IMG/VR virus record: IMGVR_UViG_3300007541_000016
Span: 23,159 to 87,158 of that record
Reading direction: 5' to 3' (one strand)
Source: a virus
Length of the DNA: 64,000 nucleotides
Positions 44,819-53,950 of this stretch are shown piece after piece (the stretch's first letter is position 1; each line of letters opens with the position of its first letter). Below the pieces are notes generated by a model. That model made no database searches. It was not told where the DNA came from and saw only the letters and a list, made by a program, of their open reading frames with translations. A program made the position numbers and the translations under genes.

Positions 44819-45563
44819 AGAATTAATAGAAGTACAGCCAAATGTAGTTTCAGAAATGGATTTAGAAGATAAAAGAATAAACGTTTTAAATAATGGCTAC
44901 GTTAGATTGGTTGATTATATGGGAAGTGATATTTCCGTAGCTAACGCAGCCAGAGCATCTTTTGCAAAAGAAAATAGCTCCAATCAACTATCAACGTCCG
45001 ATGCTAGATTAATTAAATATTTAGCTAGAGAAAACCACATGTCTCCATTTCGACACGCATTCATAACATTTGAATTTAAAGCACCACTCATGGTTGCTCG
45101 ACAGCATTGGAAGTATGTTGTTGGATCGGATCACACAATGGATTCATGGAATGAGTCTTCAAGAAGATATATAACTATGGACCCAGACTTTTATATCCCA
45201 AAACCAGATGAATGGAGACTGGCTCCAGAAGATAAAAAGCAGGGTTCTGCTGGGTTAATGTCCCCATGGGATGGGTCCATATTTACCGAACAATTGAAAA
45301 GACTAATAGAGACGAGCGAAGCTTTATATAACATGGCTCTGCAAAGCAACATTGCTCCAGAGCAAGCTCGATTATTTCTTCCAGCGTACGCAATGAATGT
45401 TGTGTATAGATGGTCATGCAGTCTTCAGTCAGTTGCGCTGTTCCTGTCTCAAAGACTAGCAGACGATGCCCAAAAAGAAATACAGGCTTACGCAGATGCT
45501 GTGTACAGATTAACACAGCCATTGTATCCTGTGTCAATATCATGTTTACTTGGTAAAGAATAA
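44766..45563 (+). CDS. thyX: flavin-dependent thymidylate synthase (true start probably ~44804)
   Basis: VRLVDYMGSD, NAARAS, HMSPF, NESSRRY, PEQARLFLP and AQKEI motifs. Confidence 0.88.
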   Translation: MDFLTKKMEMNKVMENSKELIEVQPNVVSEMDLEDKRINVLNNGYVRLVDYMGSDISVANAARASFAKENSSNQLSTSDARLIKYLARENHMSPFRHAFITFEFKAPLMVARQHWKYVVGSDHTMDSWNESSRRYITMDPDFYIPKPDEWRLAPEDKKQGSAGLMSPWDGSIFTEQLKRLIETSEALYNMALQSNIAPEQARLFLPAYAMNVVYRWSCSLQSVALFLSQRLADDAQKEIQAYADAVYRLTQPLYPVSISCLLGKE

Positions 45564-45736
45564 TGATATTAGATATATTTTTTATAGTGGTATTTTCATT
45601 TTTTTTAAATTGGTTAATATCTTTACACTTTTATCTCCAAGCAAACACTGCAAACGTCAGATTAAGAAATCAATTAATATTTATATGTATTGTCTTAGGC
45701 ATTGTTTTAGGTATATTTACTAGATATTTACAATGA
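45563..45736 (+). CDS. small two-TM membrane protein (57 aa, below the ORF-track cut-off)
   Basis: MILDIFFIVVFSFFLNWLISL...LIFICIVLGIVLGIF; start and stop overlap the neighbouring genes. Confidence 0.6.
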   Translation: MILDIFFIVVFSFFLNWLISLHFYLQANTANVRLRNQLIFICIVLGIVLGIFTRYLQ

Positions 45737-46191
45737 TAAATAGAAAAGATATTCAATTTATTAACCTTTGCGTTCAGGCGTCAAAGATATTTTCAACATG
45801 CGGAAAAAAGAAATACGCAGCAGTTTTAGTTGATGATTGCAATCATATAGTTGGCTTTGGTTACAATGGAGGGCCATCCGGACACGCTCATTGCGAAGAC
45901 GGTGGCTGTCCAAGACTGCAAGAAAATAGCCCAAGCGGATCAAACTACGACAATTGCATAGCAGTGCATGCAGAGGCTAACGCCCTACTGCATAGTGACT
46001 ACACATCAAATGCAAAAAAAATATATATAAATGGACCGCCATGCTTTGACTGTGCTAAGCTCATTGCAAATACTACAATAAAGAAAATATACTATATAAA
46101 TGATATTACATATATTAAATGGAAAGAAATAAGAACTTTCCTCAATAAATCAGGAATAGAAACGGTAGAAATATCAGATGCCAGCATCTAA
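45733..46191 (+). CDS. dCMP deaminase
   Basis: GYNG, HAEANA and PCFDCAK motifs. Confidence 0.9.
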   Translation: MINRKDIQFINLCVQASKIFSTCGKKKYAAVLVDDCNHIVGFGYNGGPSGHAHCEDGGCPRLQENSPSGSNYDNCIAVHAEANALLHSDYTSNAKKIYINGPPCFDCAKLIANTTIKKIYYINDITYIKWKEIRTFLNKSGIETVEISDASI

Positions 46192-46372
46192 GTTAAACTA
46201 TATAGTTCTTTATGATGGAGTCAGTCAAGTGTTTGGCTGCTCATCAAAAAAGATCGCATTAGAATCTCCACCACCAAGTGGTGTTGATGTAAGTAAGAAG
46301 AAGATATATTTTATAACATTAGAACCAGACACAAACAACCTGTGTATTCATAAAGTGGAAGAAAATGAGTAA
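46178..46372 (+). CDS. hypothetical protein
   Basis: 64-aa ORF coupled to its neighbours. Confidence 0.55.
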   Translation: MPASKLNYIVLYDGVSQVFGCSSKKIALESPPPSGVDVSKKKIYFITLEPDTNNLCIHKVEENE

Positions 46373-46607
46373 AAAAGAAAAAGCAAAAAAGAAAGTAATT
46401 TTAAAAATCAAAGCACAAGAATCATATATCCAAGCAGATAGTGATTTCTTTATTAAAGTAGCAGAAGCGTTAGAGTTACTCGCCAAGAATACAGAAGATA
46501 AAGCTCAAAAGAATCACTTGGTAAGCAGTGCAACTTTCATAAGAAACGCTTCATATGAAAATACTTTTAATCCACAAGATAACGATTACTTTGATGATTG
46601 GGACTAA
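46365..46607 (+). CDS. hypothetical protein
   Basis: 80-aa ORF coupled to its neighbours. Confidence 0.55.
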   Translation: MSKKEKAKKKVILKIKAQESYIQADSDFFIKVAEALELLAKNTEDKAQKNHLVSSATFIRNASYENTFNPQDNDYFDDWD

Positions 46608-47422
46608 GAATAATGATAGACCTATGCGTGGTAAACCACAATACAAGAAGACTAATGCAGCGTTTTTTGGACGACCTGCATAGTGATTTAGACAGTTCAA
46701 ATGGCGCGCTCAACTGGAAACTCTACATAACAGACAATGACTCTAGTGATGACTTTGTAGAATTTATTAGAACCAAAGGTCATACATATAATATAGAAAA
46801 TCTATTCCTCAGAAAGAATATAGGATATTCTGCAGCGTGCAATTATATGGCATCTAAAGGTAATTCAAATATAATTGGATTGTTGAATTCTGATGTTTGG
46901 ATGAAAAACTCTGATGTAAATAAAATTCAAGAAATATTTGACAATAATCCAGACATACATATTTTAGGGCCAAAACAAAGAGATGAATACGGAAGAGTAA
47001 CTCACGCAGGTATAACTGGAACAGGATCAAAACCAGTTATGAGAGGCTGGATGGTTAGTGACAAAGACGATACTATGTTTAGGGATCAATTAGAATGCGT
47101 AACAGTTTCTGGTTCTGCGTATTTTATAAGAAGAGAAGTATGGGACGCAATGACCAATAACCAAGAATATAGGAAACTTCATCCGGAAGCAGAGGGAGCA
47201 TTTTTGCCTACTCCTCATTATTATGAAGAAACTTGGTGTTCATATTTTGCAAGACATTTAGGTTATAATGTTGTTTATGATGGTTCGGTTTCAATTGGCC
47301 ACAGTTGGCATGCATCATCAGCTAAACCAGGAGAAGGTGTAAGTCACGTAGATCACTACTTCCCTATCTCTAGAGAAATATTTAGAAAAGCATGTGATCA
47401 TTTTGGAATAGAAAGAGATTAA
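46598..47422 (+). CDS. GT2-family glycosyltransferase
   Basis: VVNHN, TDNDSSD, NIGYSAACN, LLNSD, VSGSAYFIRREVW and YYEE motifs. Confidence 0.85.
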   Translation: MGLRIMIDLCVVNHNTRRLMQRFLDDLHSDLDSSNGALNWKLYITDNDSSDDFVEFIRTKGHTYNIENLFLRKNIGYSAACNYMASKGNSNIIGLLNSDVWMKNSDVNKIQEIFDNNPDIHILGPKQRDEYGRVTHAGITGTGSKPVMRGWMVSDKDDTMFRDQLECVTVSGSAYFIRREVWDAMTNNQEYRKLHPEAEGAFLPTPHYYEETWCSYFARHLGYNVVYDGSVSIGHSWHASSAKPGEGVSHVDHYFPISREIFRKACDHFGIERD

Positions 47423-47424
47423 TT

Positions 47425-47826
47425 ATGAGCGACAAATTAAATCCATGGATATATAACGCAGAAGTAAAAAAAGTAGTTGATGGTGATACTTTTGATATCA
47501 TTATTGATCTTGGTTTCGATGTAATGAAAAAGAGTCGCGTTAGACTATACGGTGTAAATACACCAGAAAGTCGCACTTCTAATATTGAAGAAAAAAAACT
47601 TGGCCTCGCAGCAAAGGAGTTTACCGATCAGTGGTTGACTAAAGCAGGGCATTGGGTTAAAATAGAAACAGTAATAGATAAAAACGAAAAGTATGGTAGA
47701 GTATTAGCCAAGGTATGGGATAAAGACGGAAACTGCTTAAACACAGATTTGGTCACAGCCGGCTTGGCTAAAGAATACTTTGGTGTTGGCGATAAAACTT
47801 GGACAGAGTTTAAAAAGGACAAATAA
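47425..47826 (+). CDS. thermonuclease (SNase family)
   Basis: KVVDGDT, RVRLYGVNTPE and KYGRVLA motifs. Confidence 0.9.
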   Translation: MSDKLNPWIYNAEVKKVVDGDTFDIIIDLGFDVMKKSRVRLYGVNTPESRTSNIEEKKLGLAAKEFTDQWLTKAGHWVKIETVIDKNEKYGRVLAKVWDKDGNCLNTDLVTAGLAKEYFGVGDKTWTEFKKDK

Positions 47827-48230
47827 TGCAAACGTTTCTTCCATATGATGATTTTCTTCAATCAGTAAAGGTCTTAGACTATAAAAGACTAGGAAAACAA
47901 AGAGTTGAAACATTTCAAGTTCTTAACATACTTCTTGATAGAACGCCTACAAAAGGCTGGAGAAATCACCCAGTTACTCGCATGTGGGCTGGTTACGAAG
48001 AAGCGCTAAAACTCTATCAAAATCTTACAATAGAAGAGTGGATTGGTAGGGGCTATAAAAATACCATGCAGCTTGAAGTAATTAATATGCGTGACATAAA
48101 AATGCCACCATGGTTTGGTGGTAAAGAATTTCATAGATCGCACAGATCAAATTTACTTCGTAAAGATTACGAATATTATTCCCAATATTTTGACGAGCCA
48201 ACAAATTTAGAGTATCATTGGCCAGTATGA
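47826..48230 (+). CDS. pyrimidine-dimer DNA glycosylase-like protein (MSMEG_6728-like)
   Basis: MQTFLPY...LDYKRLGKQRVE...GWRNHPVTRMW...PPW...HRSHRSNLLRKD. Confidence 0.8.
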   Translation: MQTFLPYDDFLQSVKVLDYKRLGKQRVETFQVLNILLDRTPTKGWRNHPVTRMWAGYEEALKLYQNLTIEEWIGRGYKNTMQLEVINMRDIKMPPWFGGKEFHRSHRSNLLRKDYEYYSQYFDEPTNLEYHWPV

Positions 48231-48634
48231 GCGTAAAAGTATTTTTATCAGGAGCAATGGATTACGTAGGCGACTATGCAATTCATTGGAGAAAGTCAGC
48301 AACTAAGTCTTTAGAGTTTCTTGGTTATGAGGTCTTGGATCCTACGGCTATTCCAGAGGATTTAAATGAAATGTCTCCAGAAGAAGTAGCTCAAAAAAAT
48401 TTGTTTTTACAAAAAAAAGCAGATATACTCCTAGTCGAATACATGCTTAAAGATCGCGCATATATAGGTACTGACTTTGAACTTGCGTGGGCAAAAATCC
48501 ACGGTCAACCGTCAGTGGTCATGTGTTCGCCCCACTATAAAAGTAGGGTATACATGAAATATATGGCAACAAAACTTGCAGATAACCTGCAAGATGCGAT
48601 AGAATATATCGCAATACATTATCCAGCTAATTAA
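48218..48634 (+). CDS. nucleoside 2-deoxyribosyltransferase-like protein
   Basis: KVFLSGAM, ADILLV and GTDFELAWA motifs. Confidence 0.75.
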   Translation: MASMSVKVFLSGAMDYVGDYAIHWRKSATKSLEFLGYEVLDPTAIPEDLNEMSPEEVAQKNLFLQKKADILLVEYMLKDRAYIGTDFELAWAKIHGQPSVVMCSPHYKSRVYMKYMATKLADNLQDAIEYIAIHYPAN

Positions 48635-48651
48635 CAAAGGAAAAGGTAATT

Positions 48652-48834
48652 ATGTCAGACAATAAGTTCAAGTACTTTACTGTTGAGTCTGTTGTGGTCG
48701 TTAAGGCCAACAATAAGGCTGACGCAGAGAAGCTTGCATCGGGTCGTCGTGGAGTTCAGGGTGAAGTCATCTTGAAGACGACTGATGTTGAGCGCATCTC
48801 AGCAGTAGAGGCTCGCAAGCAAATTGAAATCTGA
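48652..48834 (+). CDS. small protein (60 aa), similar to the N-terminus of the 19379 phosphoesterase
   Basis: Strong RBS, its own terminator, and distinct codon usage (CGT/CGC/AAG). Confidence 0.75.
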   Translation: MSDNKFKYFTVESVVVVKANNKADAEKLASGRRGVQGEVILKTTDVERISAVEARKQIEI

Positions 48835-48849
48835 TTTTAATCAGTAGTT

Positions 48850-48889
48850 AAAAATGGGAGAGTAGTCATGTGCTACTCTCCCATTTTTT
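48850..48889 (+). terminator. Rho-independent terminator
   Basis: AAAAATGGGAGAGTAG...CTACTCTCCCATTTTTT. Confidence 0.85.
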
Positions 48890-48907
48890 CTTAACAAAGG
48901 AAAAGTA

Positions 48908-49618
48908 ATGATTTACGGTTTAATGGTAGCTAGAAACGAAGAAAATAGATACCTAGAAGAGTCTTTAAAAAGACTATCAAATCAAGTAGACAAAATAATA
49001 TTTACAGACGATTGTTCAACTGATGGCACTCCAGATATAGCTAGAAAGTATGCTGAAGTGTATTCTACTTCAGAGAATTTATTCATTAAGCATGAGGGGC
49101 AATTAAGGTCTGAAGCTTGGTCAAATCTTTCAAAACACGCAAAGCCAGGAGACTGGATTGTTGCGATAGATGCAGACGAAAAAATATATACACTAGATAA
49201 TTCTTCAATAGAAGAAACATTAAAAATGTCACCGTACGATGTTGTTAACGTCAGAAGATATGAAATGTGGAATAGCGAAGGTTATAGGGTTGACAAAATG
49301 TGGGCACCACATAATACGATGCGTATATTTAGGTATAATGATGGCGGAGTTTATTTAGACAAAGTTTTAGCGTGCGGTTCTGAGCCAGTGTATGTAATGC
49401 AATGGGTTAGAAATAGAAACTTCTGGCTAGAATCAGGTATAATAATGCAGCATCTTGGCTACCTTAGAGATGAAGATAAGGAAGCCAAGTACGAAAGATA
49501 TACAACTATAGACAATGGAAAATTCCATAACATTAATCATATCAATTCAATAAAAGATCAGTCACCAGTCTTGATACCGTGGGGTATCTTCGGAGATAAA
49601 AAGGTAGAATTACAATGA
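48908..49618 (+). CDS. GT2-family glycosyltransferase
   Basis: ARNEE, DDCSTDGT, IDADE and HLGY motifs. Confidence 0.85.
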   Translation: MIYGLMVARNEENRYLEESLKRLSNQVDKIIFTDDCSTDGTPDIARKYAEVYSTSENLFIKHEGQLRSEAWSNLSKHAKPGDWIVAIDADEKIYTLDNSSIEETLKMSPYDVVNVRRYEMWNSEGYRVDKMWAPHNTMRIFRYNDGGVYLDKVLACGSEPVYVMQWVRNRNFWLESGIIMQHLGYLRDEDKEAKYERYTTIDNGKFHNINHINSIKDQSPVLIPWGIFGDKKVELQ

Positions 49619-50241
49619 AAACATTAGGAGCCAAAGAAACGATTAAGCAGTTGACATATAGAATGTCCAATAGGCAGAGATTTTCTTATGTTGGATTTTC
49701 TAAGTCAGCCGTCTTAGCAGCTGCTGGAAAGATTTCTCCAGATAAAAGACCGCCAAAAAATTTTACAAAAGCTATTTTAAATTCAATGGAAACATCTGAT
49801 AAAAACTTTATGAAATGTGTTCCAAATTTCCTATTACATTCAAACGAAGATGTAAACGTATCTTCTTTAAACGGATTTAAAGACTCAGTAATTTATGATG
49901 CCGGGATGTTTGAATATTATTTCTTAAATAGAAAAGATATTTTTGATGATTTTGTTAATTTCTACATTAAGAACAGTAAAAATTTAGTTGTTTCTTTTCA
50001 CGATAAAAAGCTAACACAAAAGCTAATTGGAAACCCAACTTATCATATCCATGTTCCATATAATGATTTCTACGATAGGTTAGATCAAGTGTCTAGTCAG
50101 ATTATTCAGCTGGATGGGCAGATTGACCATTGTATACTTGATTGCCCAGTGCTAGCTCCTGCTTTAGCGAGTAGAGTTTGGCAAAATTCAAATATATCTA
50201 TATTAGATTTTGGAAAATTATTTACAATAGCAAATAAATAA
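49615..50241 (+). CDS. hypothetical protein, possibly a degenerate GT-D-fold glycosyltransferase
   Basis: Follows a GT2 gene; GAKETIKQL...FSYVGF start and ..ILDFGK end loosely resemble DUF1792-type proteins. Confidence 0.35.
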   Translation: MKTLGAKETIKQLTYRMSNRQRFSYVGFSKSAVLAAAGKISPDKRPPKNFTKAILNSMETSDKNFMKCVPNFLLHSNEDVNVSSLNGFKDSVIYDAGMFEYYFLNRKDIFDDFVNFYIKNSKNLVVSFHDKKLTQKLIGNPTYHIHVPYNDFYDRLDQVSSQIIQLDGQIDHCILDCPVLAPALASRVWQNSNISILDFGKLFTIANK

Positions 50242-50245
50242 GATA

Positions 50246-50899
50246 ATGAAAAAGTCAGAATTTCTCGATGGCGACGATATCGAGTACATGGTTGACCTTT
50301 TATTGGATAGCTCGTTATCTTTAACTGATATAGCAAAAGAATTAGATTGCTCTATACAGACTTTAAACAAAAAAATAAATCAACATGGACTTTCTTGGCT
50401 TAAGAAAAGCCATAGAAAGATGTCAAGAGGTCAAGCAGCACTAACAGCAGTAATGCAAAAGCTGTTGCCAAACGAAGAGATACTCAATGAGTATCACTTA
50501 GGCGATAGATTGAAACTTGATGTTTACTGTCCAAAGTATAAGATAGGAGCAGAGTATCACGGTCGTCAACATTTTTATTTTACTGGTAGATTTTTTAAAT
50601 CTAGAGAAGACTTTGAAGACGCAGTAGCGAGAGATAATAAAAAGATAGCCAGATGCGAAGAGCTCGGAATTGCTTTAATTGTATTTAGGTACAACGATAA
50701 ACTTACAGAAGAAGCAGTTTATGAGAGAATGATTTCTGCAATTAGAAACTCTCCAAATAAACCTTCTAAGGAAATTAAAAAGCCAAGTATTGTTAAGAAT
50801 AGTTATTATCAAGAAAGAAAAAAGAGCTATAATGATAGCAAGAAAAAAAGATACAAAGAGCTGAAAAAGAAAAATGACAACAGAAGAAAATCCAAATAA
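50246..50899 (+). CDS. HTH + Vsr/DUF559-like endonuclease domain protein
   Basis: SLTDIAKELDCSIQTL (HTH); LDVYCPKYKIGAEYHGRQHF...RDNKK. Confidence 0.7.
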   Translation: MKKSEFLDGDDIEYMVDLLLDSSLSLTDIAKELDCSIQTLNKKINQHGLSWLKKSHRKMSRGQAALTAVMQKLLPNEEILNEYHLGDRLKLDVYCPKYKIGAEYHGRQHFYFTGRFFKSREDFEDAVARDNKKIARCEELGIALIVFRYNDKLTEEAVYERMISAIRNSPNKPSKEIKKPSIVKNSYYQERKKSYNDSKKKRYKELKKKNDNRRKSK

Positions 50900-52322
50900 C
50901 TTTCCTTTAGAATATCAGATTTTTGCCCTATGCCTAAGAAAGGATGGGGCAATTAAATTTTTTAATGAGAATTTAAATTCTAATATAGTCGGGATTAACC
51001 ATGGAGAGAACGGCATATATGAGTTCTACAATGCTTTAATTTCTTATTACAAAGCAACACAGTTATCGATAGTCGACCCAATAGCTTTCAAGTCTTGGCT
51101 GCAAACGGAAACAGAAATCTATGACGCTTTGGGTGGCGAACCTGGTGTTGAAACTATGTTTTCAATCCTGATGAAAATGGATTTATCTAGTTCTGAATCT
51201 ATATTAAAATTAGTTGAACATAAGGCAAATAAAAGAAAGCAAATTGATTACCTTCAAGAGCTTCAGGTTTTAATTACACAGAAATCAAACAAATCAGATG
51301 AGGATATAGAAAGAATATCTATCTTAACTCAAAAGATTAGAGAATTAGAAAGTCAGATTAATTACGATCCATTAGAAAATATAACAACAGCCTTAGATAT
51401 ATCTTCTAGAGCAGAAGAATTGTTAGTCATACCAAACTTTCTTCCAACTCAATTTAAATCATTAAATAGAGCTATGGGCTATACTGACAATGGCGGATTT
51501 TTTAAGGGAGCTGTTCATGCGATTATAGCTCCATCCGGCAAAGGTAAGTCAACTTTTGCAAAGTGCCTCGTTAACAATTGGGTAGACAAAGGTTATTCAG
51601 CTTTGTTTGTTAATTTTGAAGAAGCTGTTTCTCACTGGGAAAGAGTTTTAATGACTCAAATAATAGGAAAAAATATTTATTCTGAAGCTAGTAGTTGGAG
51701 CCCAGAAGATAAACAAAAGTATGTTACTCTTTTTAAAGAGCGACTAGAGTCTTGGGGTGAAAGATTTATGGTTAGACATGACCCAGAAACTCCATACTTT
51801 GAGGATCTTGAAAGATGGTTAAGAGATATTATGGGACATAACTCAAAGCTTCCTGATGTAATTGTAATAGATACAATACAATCTATGTTTACTAGAGGTG
51901 GAAAAGGAAAGCCAAGATGGGGCGAATTTGAAGAAATGATGGTTCGTTTAGAAAAACTAGCTAGAGACATGGACTGCGTGATGATAATAACTGCGCAAGA
52001 AAACTCCAATAGAATGAAAGAAAAGAGAGAGGTTGTCCAGCAGTCAGATACTGGTGGTTCTTTGGCCATTCAGCAAAAGTGTGCGGTTACAATATTCATA
52101 ACCGATAAGAAATTAGCTTCTGGCGACGAGTCCGAAGAGGACTACGTAATGCAACTGCAGATACCAAAGAATAGAATTACTGGATCTACATTTGTGTATG
52201 ATCCTCCGCTGGTTAGATATAACGATGCAACAAAATCATATGAAGACTATGAAGTTGTACCAGATAGCATATATAATAATTCATCTATACTTGACGACTT
52301 ACTTGGAGGAGATTTTTCTTAA
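50874..52322 (+). CDS. DnaB-like replicative helicase
   Basis: Walker A APSGKGKST, FVNFEE, IVIDTIQ, TAQEN and KNR motifs. Confidence 0.85.
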   Translation: MTTEENPNNFPLEYQIFALCLRKDGAIKFFNENLNSNIVGINHGENGIYEFYNALISYYKATQLSIVDPIAFKSWLQTETEIYDALGGEPGVETMFSILMKMDLSSSESILKLVEHKANKRKQIDYLQELQVLITQKSNKSDEDIERISILTQKIRELESQINYDPLENITTALDISSRAEELLVIPNFLPTQFKSLNRAMGYTDNGGFFKGAVHAIIAPSGKGKSTFAKCLVNNWVDKGYSALFVNFEEAVSHWERVLMTQIIGKNIYSEASSWSPEDKQKYVTLFKERLESWGERFMVRHDPETPYFEDLERWLRDIMGHNSKLPDVIVIDTIQSMFTRGGKGKPRWGEFEEMMVRLEKLARDMDCVMIITAQENSNRMKEKREVVQQSDTGGSLAIQQKCAVTIFITDKKLASGDESEEDYVMQLQIPKNRITGSTFVYDPPLVRYNDATKSYEDYEVVPDSIYNNSSILDDLLGGDFS

Positions 52323-53104
52323 TGGTTAAAGTAAATTCAGCTGGAATCAAAGACTTTCAAACGTGCGAACTTTTATATGATTACAGGCATGTTCAAAAAA
52401 TGCCAGAAGCAGTTGTAGCTAGAAACATATTAACAGAAAAGTTTGAAAACACATTAAAAAATGTAATAAATTTTTATCTATACAAAAAACAAGGTGGAAT
52501 TACTCCATCGTATTCAGCTCTTTTAAATAGGTGGGAGAAACTTTGGTTTCCAAAAAATGCGTCAGCTCAAGACATTATTAACGATAAGCACGAAAGCGCA
52601 TATGGAAATATGTCAAGCTTAACAACAAAAGCAGCAGGAGTTTTATTATCTTTTTGTGAGTTTTTTCAAGATGAATCTATTATCCCACTTGGAATATCAG
52701 AGGAATATACGGTTCCAATGGGTCATTCTATTTTGACAGATGAATTTGATTTAATTTATTTAAAAGATAATAATATTCATGTTGTAAAATGGGTTTTTAA
52801 TTACAAAGACTCTCATCATTATCTTTATAATGTAGATTTTATATCAATGTATTACGCCTATGTACATAAGAACAAGGGCCAAATTGGTAATACTAAATTT
52901 GGATACTATGATATAATGGCTTCTAAGCATTCACTTCAAACGTTTGACATATATCAAGAAGACATTAAGTCACTAGAATACTGGGTGTCCTCAATGGAGA
53001 ATAAAAAGATCTTTGCTCCTAGAAGAGGGTTAACCTATTACTGTAAAAGATGTCCGTTTGATTCACCGTGTTCAAAATGGTCACAATGGGATAAGGAAAA
53101 ATAA
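52322..53104 (+). CDS. PD-(D/E)xK / Cas4-AddB-like protein, catalytic motif apparently degenerate
   Basis: N-terminal FQTC and C-terminal CKRCPFDSPC cysteine pattern; no clear D/ExK. Confidence 0.6.
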   Translation: MVKVNSAGIKDFQTCELLYDYRHVQKMPEAVVARNILTEKFENTLKNVINFYLYKKQGGITPSYSALLNRWEKLWFPKNASAQDIINDKHESAYGNMSSLTTKAAGVLLSFCEFFQDESIIPLGISEEYTVPMGHSILTDEFDLIYLKDNNIHVVKWVFNYKDSHHYLYNVDFISMYYAYVHKNKGQIGNTKFGYYDIMASKHSLQTFDIYQEDIKSLEYWVSSMENKKIFAPRRGLTYYCKRCPFDSPCSKWSQWDKEK

Positions 53105-53106
53105 CT

Positions 53107-53799
53107 ATGGCTAATAAAAAAAATTCAATTTTAGATGACATACTTCAAGACGAACAGATAGTTAATCTATCCGAAGAGGAAAATAATATTTTATCTCCTT
53201 TACTAGAAGAGATATCTCTTATAGAAGATGATGGATTAAGATCTTTTGTAAAGTCAATTTTAATAAGAGCCGATTCCTTCTGGTTAATACCTTCATCTTT
53301 TTCTGGCAAGTATCATCCACCAGATGAGCACAATGAGGGCGGTAACGTTCTTCATACTAAAAGAACTGTTAGGGCAGCTAAGATTTTGTCTGAGTCACAT
53401 AGCGTATCGGTTGAAGAAAAGGACATAATAATTGCAGCCTGCCTACTACATGATGTTACAAAGGGAAAAATAGAGAAAGACGGCTCCTTTACATACGACA
53501 AAATGCATCCGTACACCGTTGGTGAATTTGTCAAGTTTTGTCAAGAAGATGACAAGAAGTATGCGAACGATATTAATTCATCTACCTTATATGTTACAGA
53601 AGAAGATGTTCAAACTCTTTTGAGACTAGTGAGATGCCATCTCGGTCCTTGGTCTCCGGTGCCAGAAACAGTACCTATAACATACCTTGATATGATCGTA
53701 CACCTAGCCGATAATATAGCTTCAAAAGTTCACTATATATTAGATGGAGATGAAATTCTGCCAGAAAGATGGAATTTAAATGAAGGAACTGACAAATAG
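53107..53799 (+). CDS. HD-domain phosphohydrolase
   Basis: GKYHP...GGNVLHT, LLHDVTK, CHLG and HLAD motifs. Confidence 0.85.
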   Translation: MANKKNSILDDILQDEQIVNLSEEENNILSPLLEEISLIEDDGLRSFVKSILIRADSFWLIPSSFSGKYHPPDEHNEGGNVLHTKRTVRAAKILSESHSVSVEEKDIIIAACLLHDVTKGKIEKDGSFTYDKMHPYTVGEFVKFCQEDDKKYANDINSSTLYVTEEDVQTLLRLVRCHLGPWSPVPETVPITYLDMIVHLADNIASKVHYILDGDEILPERWNLNEGTDK

Positions 53800-53950
53800 A
53801 ATCAATAGAAGATTTTATCTTTCTTCAAATATTGAAAAGATTATAGAAGATTCCGTCTATTATAGAAGCTTTTCTAGTGAAATGAACGAGTCTAAAAAGA
53901 TTATTATAGGAAACTTTAACGAAGATTCTGGCAAAGGTAAAATCGAATGA
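53780..53950 (+). CDS. small hypothetical protein (56 aa, below the track cut-off)
   Basis: MKELTNRINRR...; fills the gap, with an ATGA overlap to the primase. Confidence 0.5.
   Translation: MKELTNRINRRFYLSSNIEKIIEDSVYYRSFSSEMNESKKIIIGNFNEDSGKGKIE

Larger units (their letters stand above)
48631..48905 (+). repeat. 15-bp direct repeat TTAACAAAGGAAAAG (48631-48645 and 48891-48905) flanking a small gene and its terminator
   Basis: Both copies are seen directly; each contains the RBS of the gene that follows. Confidence 0.75.
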
